The notes under the pieces are model-generated. The model did no database searches, had not been told where the DNA came from, and saw only the letters and a list, made by a program, of their open reading frames with translations. Shown here piece after piece: positions 60,909 through 64,000 of a stretch of 64,000 nt of DNA; within the stretch, counting starts at the first letter, position 1, and each line of letters starts with the position of its first letter. The stretch is from Minisyncoccota bacterium (GTDB lineage: Bacteria > Patescibacteriota > Minisyncoccia > Phycocordibacterales > JAACPR01). The position numbers and the translations under genes were made by a program. Location of the stretch: positions 254,667 to 318,666 of the forward strand of contig JBAYWG010000001.1 in assembly GCA_041674225.1 (NCBI GenBank), in the 5' to 3' direction.

Positions 60909-61003
60909 ATTTTTATAAAATTATTTTCTATTAAAGTTAAAGACATTATAGCTTGTTTAAGAGAAAAAAACCTAACTAAAATTTTCCTAAAAATATAATA
61001 GAC

Positions 61004-61012
61004 TGTGGATAA
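61004..61012 (-). promoter_or_regulatory. Perfect DnaA box upstream of nrdA
   Basis: TGTGGATAA about 95 nt upstream of the nrdA start. Confidence 0.45.
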
Positions 61013-61108
61013 TAAAAATAAGAAAATTGACACAGTAAATTGACAAGAGCATTGCAAGACTTGGGTAAGTATGATAAAAATGACTAACTAGAAAAAACGC
61101 AAAAAACC

Positions 61109-61225
61109 ATGAAAGTTAAGTCATCAATCAAAAAAGAAAAGCCAGGAGATCAATTGGTTCGACGCCGAGGGCGACTTTATAGAATCAATAAGCTAAATCC
61201 TCGTCGAAAAGCGCGTCAGCGATAA
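61109..61225 (+). CDS. rpmJ: 50S ribosomal protein L36 (Zn-free type)
   Basis: Manual translation [38 protein letters not shown] (below ORF-track cutoff). Confidence 0.93.
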   Translation: MKVKSSIKKEKPGDQLVRRRGRLYRINKLNPRRKARQR

Positions 61226-61345
61226 TCCTTTCGCTTTATACCCTCCTCGAAAGGTTAGTTAAATAGAGCCAATATACCTAAAAAAGCGAGTACCGTGATT
61301 ATTATTCTTGTTCTTGATGACATATTTTTATTTTAAATTAGAATC

Positions 61346-61903
61346 TTAAATTCCAGGACATTTAGCGAATTCGCAATTTGGACCTTGTCTTCCGACATAA
61401 GTCACACCATCAGGACACATCATTGCTTCCATTGTACAGGCTACAGGAGATATAGGAGGATTTGATGGAGTAGTCGGAGTGGGTTGAGTAGGAGTTGAGG
61501 GTGTCACAACAAAACCATCATTAAGCCAGTTTTGCATCATTTTTATTTCTGAAGTTTGAGCGTCAATAATATCTTGAGCGAGATTAATCAATTTAGCTTC
61601 TTTTGATTGAACCAAAACCATTCGTGCCATTTCCACAGCTCCTTCGTGGTGAATAATCATTTGTTCTAAAAATTCCCTATCGAATTCTGCACCCATCTTT
61701 CCTTCAAGAGAAGCTGTCATACTGTGCATCATTTCATCCATGTTTGAAGCTCCAGATTTGTGATCATTGTGCATCATTGTGCCGTCTGGCATTTGATGCA
61801 TTTTTGAATTACTTTTGAAATCACCTCCCCCGATAAAATGACCAACAAAAATACCCACCACTAATCCTGTAATTAAAAATACTACTTTTTGATTTTTTTC
61901 CAT
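61346..61903 (-). CDS. DUF305 (ferritin-like) protein with C-terminal Cys motif
   Basis: FDREFLEQMIIHHEGAVEMA...IIDAQTSEI; CTMEAMMCPDG...NCEFAKCP. Confidence 0.85.
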   Translation of the reverse strand: MEKNQKVVFLITGLVVGIFVGHFIGGGDFKSNSKMHQMPDGTMMHNDHKSGASNMDEMMHSMTASLEGKMGAEFDREFLEQMIIHHEGAVEMARMVLVQSKEAKLINLAQDIIDAQTSEIKMMQNWLNDGFVVTPSTPTQPTPTTPSNPPISPVACTMEAMMCPDGVTYVGRQGPNCEFAKCPGI

Positions 61904-61996
61904 TAACCTATTATAGCAAAAATCTCCTATTTCATATTCCAAAGTTTGGTAGCAAAAAATATTGTTTTTGCTATGATGCGATAAAAGTCCTTAATT

Positions 61997-62263
61997 ATGA
62001 ATAAACTGCAAAAAATAAAACTTGGTTGGTGGTTTTTTTGGTTCGACTTGAAATGCGGAACGGCAAACATCAGACGCAGAATTTGGAATAAAAGAATTCT
62101 GCTCTGGTGGTACCGGCTGTGGATCAGGAAAGATGAATTTCATAAATCTCTAAGTAGTGATTTTTCGGCCAAACTGGTCATGACTGAAGAAGAACGTGAT
62201 GAATACGACAAGGATCTATGTCGTCGCAGAAGAATCGCACACGACCGAGACAACCAAAGATGA
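61997..62263 (+). CDS. Small Trp/Arg-rich orphan protein
   Basis: Upstream TATGAT; terminator 62271-62300. Confidence 0.55.
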   Translation: MNKLQKIKLGWWFFWFDLKCGTANIRRRIWNKRILLWWYRLWIRKDEFHKSLSSDFSAKLVMTEEERDEYDKDLCRRRRIAHDRDNQR

Positions 62264-62317
62264 GATAAATAAAATCACCCCTAACATAAGGGGTGATTTT
62301 TTCTTTCACAAATTTTG

Positions 62318-62389
62318 GGCGCCCAGAGGGAATTGAACCCTCGTAACCAGATCCACAGACTGGGGCTTTACCACTAAGCTATGAGCGCC
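62318..62389 (-). tRNA. tRNA-His (GUG)
   Basis: G-1, acceptor GCGCTCA/TGGGCGC, C73, D arm GCTT/AAGC, anticodon loop CT-GTG-GA, T arm GAGGG-TTCAATT-CCCTC. Confidence 0.96.
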
Positions 62390-62419
62390 ATGAGTGCTAC
62401 AAAATTATAGCAGAATAAT

Positions 62420-62953
62420 TTAGTTTTCTTCCTTCTTGTCTTCGGCAACCTCTTCTGAAACTTCCTCTACTGTCTCCTCAGGAGTTTCAGAAACCTCTTC
62501 ATTCATCTCAGCTTCAGCTAATTTGATTTCTTCTGGAGTTAGTTCTTCGTTCTCAGGTATTTCTGGCATATCTAGATCTTCTCCTTTTGCAGAGTCATCA
62601 ATATTAACAAACATCATTTTCATTCTCTTAGAAATTTGTTTAATAGCTTTTCTTCGGATGTAATAAAGTTTGCTTCGTCGTACTTTTGATCTCTTTACTA
62701 TTTCGATTTTATCAATCATTGGAGAGTATAGTGGGAAGATTTTTTCTACTCCGTATCCACCTGTTGAGCGACGTACTGTAAAAGTAGCGCCTGCTGTTGT
62801 ACCGTGCTTTCGAGCTAGAACTAAACCTTCAAAAATCTGGATTCGAGTCTTTCCTTTTTCTTCAATTTTTTGAGAAACGCGAACAGTATCTCCGGCTCTT
62901 AAGTCCAAAGTTCGTCGTGCTTCTATGTTTACTGGTGATATTACTCTATTCAT
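62420..62953 (-). CDS. rplS: 50S ribosomal protein L19 with acidic tail
   Basis: [31 protein letters not shown]; promoter TTGCTC-17-TAAAGT. Confidence 0.97.
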   Translation of the reverse strand: MNRVISPVNIEARRTLDLRAGDTVRVSQKIEEKGKTRIQIFEGLVLARKHGTTAGATFTVRRSTGGYGVEKIFPLYSPMIDKIEIVKRSKVRRSKLYYIRRKAIKQISKRMKMMFVNIDDSAKGEDLDMPEIPENEELTPEEIKLAEAEMNEEVSETPEETVEEVSEEVAEDKKEEN

Positions 62954-63000
62954 ATGTCGGGGTACTTTAACACAAAGGTTTTATACGAGCAAGATGTTTG

Positions 63001-63335
63001 AAAAGAAAAAGAGCCTAGCGAACATTGTCCGCCAGGCTCCCGTTTTTTGGCCCGCACAAGGTAGCCGAATGCTAGGGCGATTAACCCTAACACCTGTCAC
63101 CACACACAACTGGATGCGAGTGACATAATAATTTGGATCACTCTCCTTTCTACCAGCTCTTCGCTGATGGTTCAAAATCGACACAGAATCGATTTCGAGA
63201 TTATTTCAGCCTCGATTACTCTTCGAGACAAAACCACGGACAGCCTGCAATCTTGCAAAGAGAACGTCTCTTCTAGGATAACAATGTCCCCAGACCCTAA
63301 ATTTTCTTATTCTGATTGATCAACCTCCTTTCCGA
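63001..63335 (-). ncRNA. Putative structured non-coding RNA (6S-like or unknown)
   Basis: GC-richer intergenic block with nested stems, ending in terminator GAGCCTGGCGGAC/GTTCGCTAGGCTC plus U-tract. Confidence 0.5.
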
Positions 63336-63359
63336 CTTTCAATTTACCAATTTTAAATA

Positions 63360-64000
63360 TTAATGTAAACACTTTAAAGCATTCTCGAAATCTTCCGGAA
63401 AGTCGGCTGTAATAGTTTTTCTTTCACCATCGCAATCATAAAAAGAAATCTCGCGCGCGTGCAGAGCAAGTCGATTAAAACCTAAAAGACAATCACGATT
63501 CGGAGCATACAAAGAATCACAAACGATTGGTTTTTCAATTGCTTTTAGATGCACGCGGATTTGATGTGTTCTACCAGTTTTGGGTTCGGCTTCAATGTAT
63601 GTAAAAATTTCACCTTTATAATTTCCGCGATTTAAAACTCGAACCAAAGTCAGAGCATCACGCATCTGCCCTCTAGAATCACGGAGAGATGTCCATTTTC
63701 TAATATCTTTTGAAGATCTCCCTATCGGCTTGTCTATAATAGTTATTTCTTCTTTTATATTTCCATAAATAAAAGCGTGATAATTTTTTTGAATAATTCT
63801 GTCTTGAAATTGTTGTTTCAGGTTTTCAAATCCTTTTGTTGTGCGAGCAATCAACATCACTCCTGAAGTGTCTTTATCCAAACGATGAACAATTCCAGGT
63901 CTCAATATATTTATTTTTTCAGAAACAATCGGCTCCCCTACATCTTTCGCTTCTGGATATTTTTCCAAAATCCAATCAACCAAAGTTCTGTTGTCATTTT
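63360..64000 (-). CDS. RluA/RluD family pseudouridine synthase, 5' end outside window
   Basis: RPGIVHRLDKDTSG, TGRTHQIRVH, LALHA. Confidence 0.95.
   Translation of the reverse strand, partial: NDNRTLVDWILEKYPEAKDVGEPIVSEKINILRPGIVHRLDKDTSGVMLIARTTKGFENLKQQFQDRIIQKNYHAFIYGNIKEEITIIDKPIGRSSKDIRKWTSLRDSRGQMRDALTLVRVLNRGNYKGEIFTYIEAEPKTGRTHQIRVHLKAIEKPIVCDSLYAPNRDCLLGFNRLALHAREISFYDCDGERKTITADFPEDFENALKCLH

Noticed and set aside
63001-63335. RNase P RNA or tmRNA
   Set aside because: No GAGGAAAGUCC/CGGCUUA P4 signature and no tRNA-like ends; the 67 aa ORFs here are not supported as genes.

Overview
AT-rich bacterial chromosome segment read in standard code 11, with most genes on the minus strand. 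Gene content points to Patescibacteria/CPR, Parcubacteria-like (inference). Contents in order: partial rodA; a 23S-5S rRNA unit with its own promoter and no 16S, whose 23S carries two ORF-less group I introns (E. coli-equivalent sites L2593 and L1931) and a helix-68 expansion; a ~9.5 kb surface-glycan cluster with one frameshifted GT4; S-layer-like and beta-propeller surface proteins; ftsK-recA-efp; rpsF-ssb-rpsR; four aminoacyl-tRNA synthetases; a nucleotide/folate cluster; secE-nusG-rplK; class Ic-type nrdAB; rpmJ; tRNA-His; rplS; and several single-gene orphan inserts. Best candidate for an undescribed system (50.4-53.0 kb): a ThyA with Asp at the dUMP-specifying Asn and no His after the catalytic Cys, a Dcd homologue lacking the catalytic Glu, DHFR and a divergent dCMP deaminase. 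Together these suggest a methylate-first route dCTP->dCMP->5m-dCMP->dTMP. Other leads: a wHTH gene next to ftsK filled with a TGTCYTTTAT motif array, a dispersed family of covarying hairpins with GNA triloops and tandem GA pairs, and a structured ~330 nt element with two near-complements of the 16S 3' tail. All alignments were made by eye.
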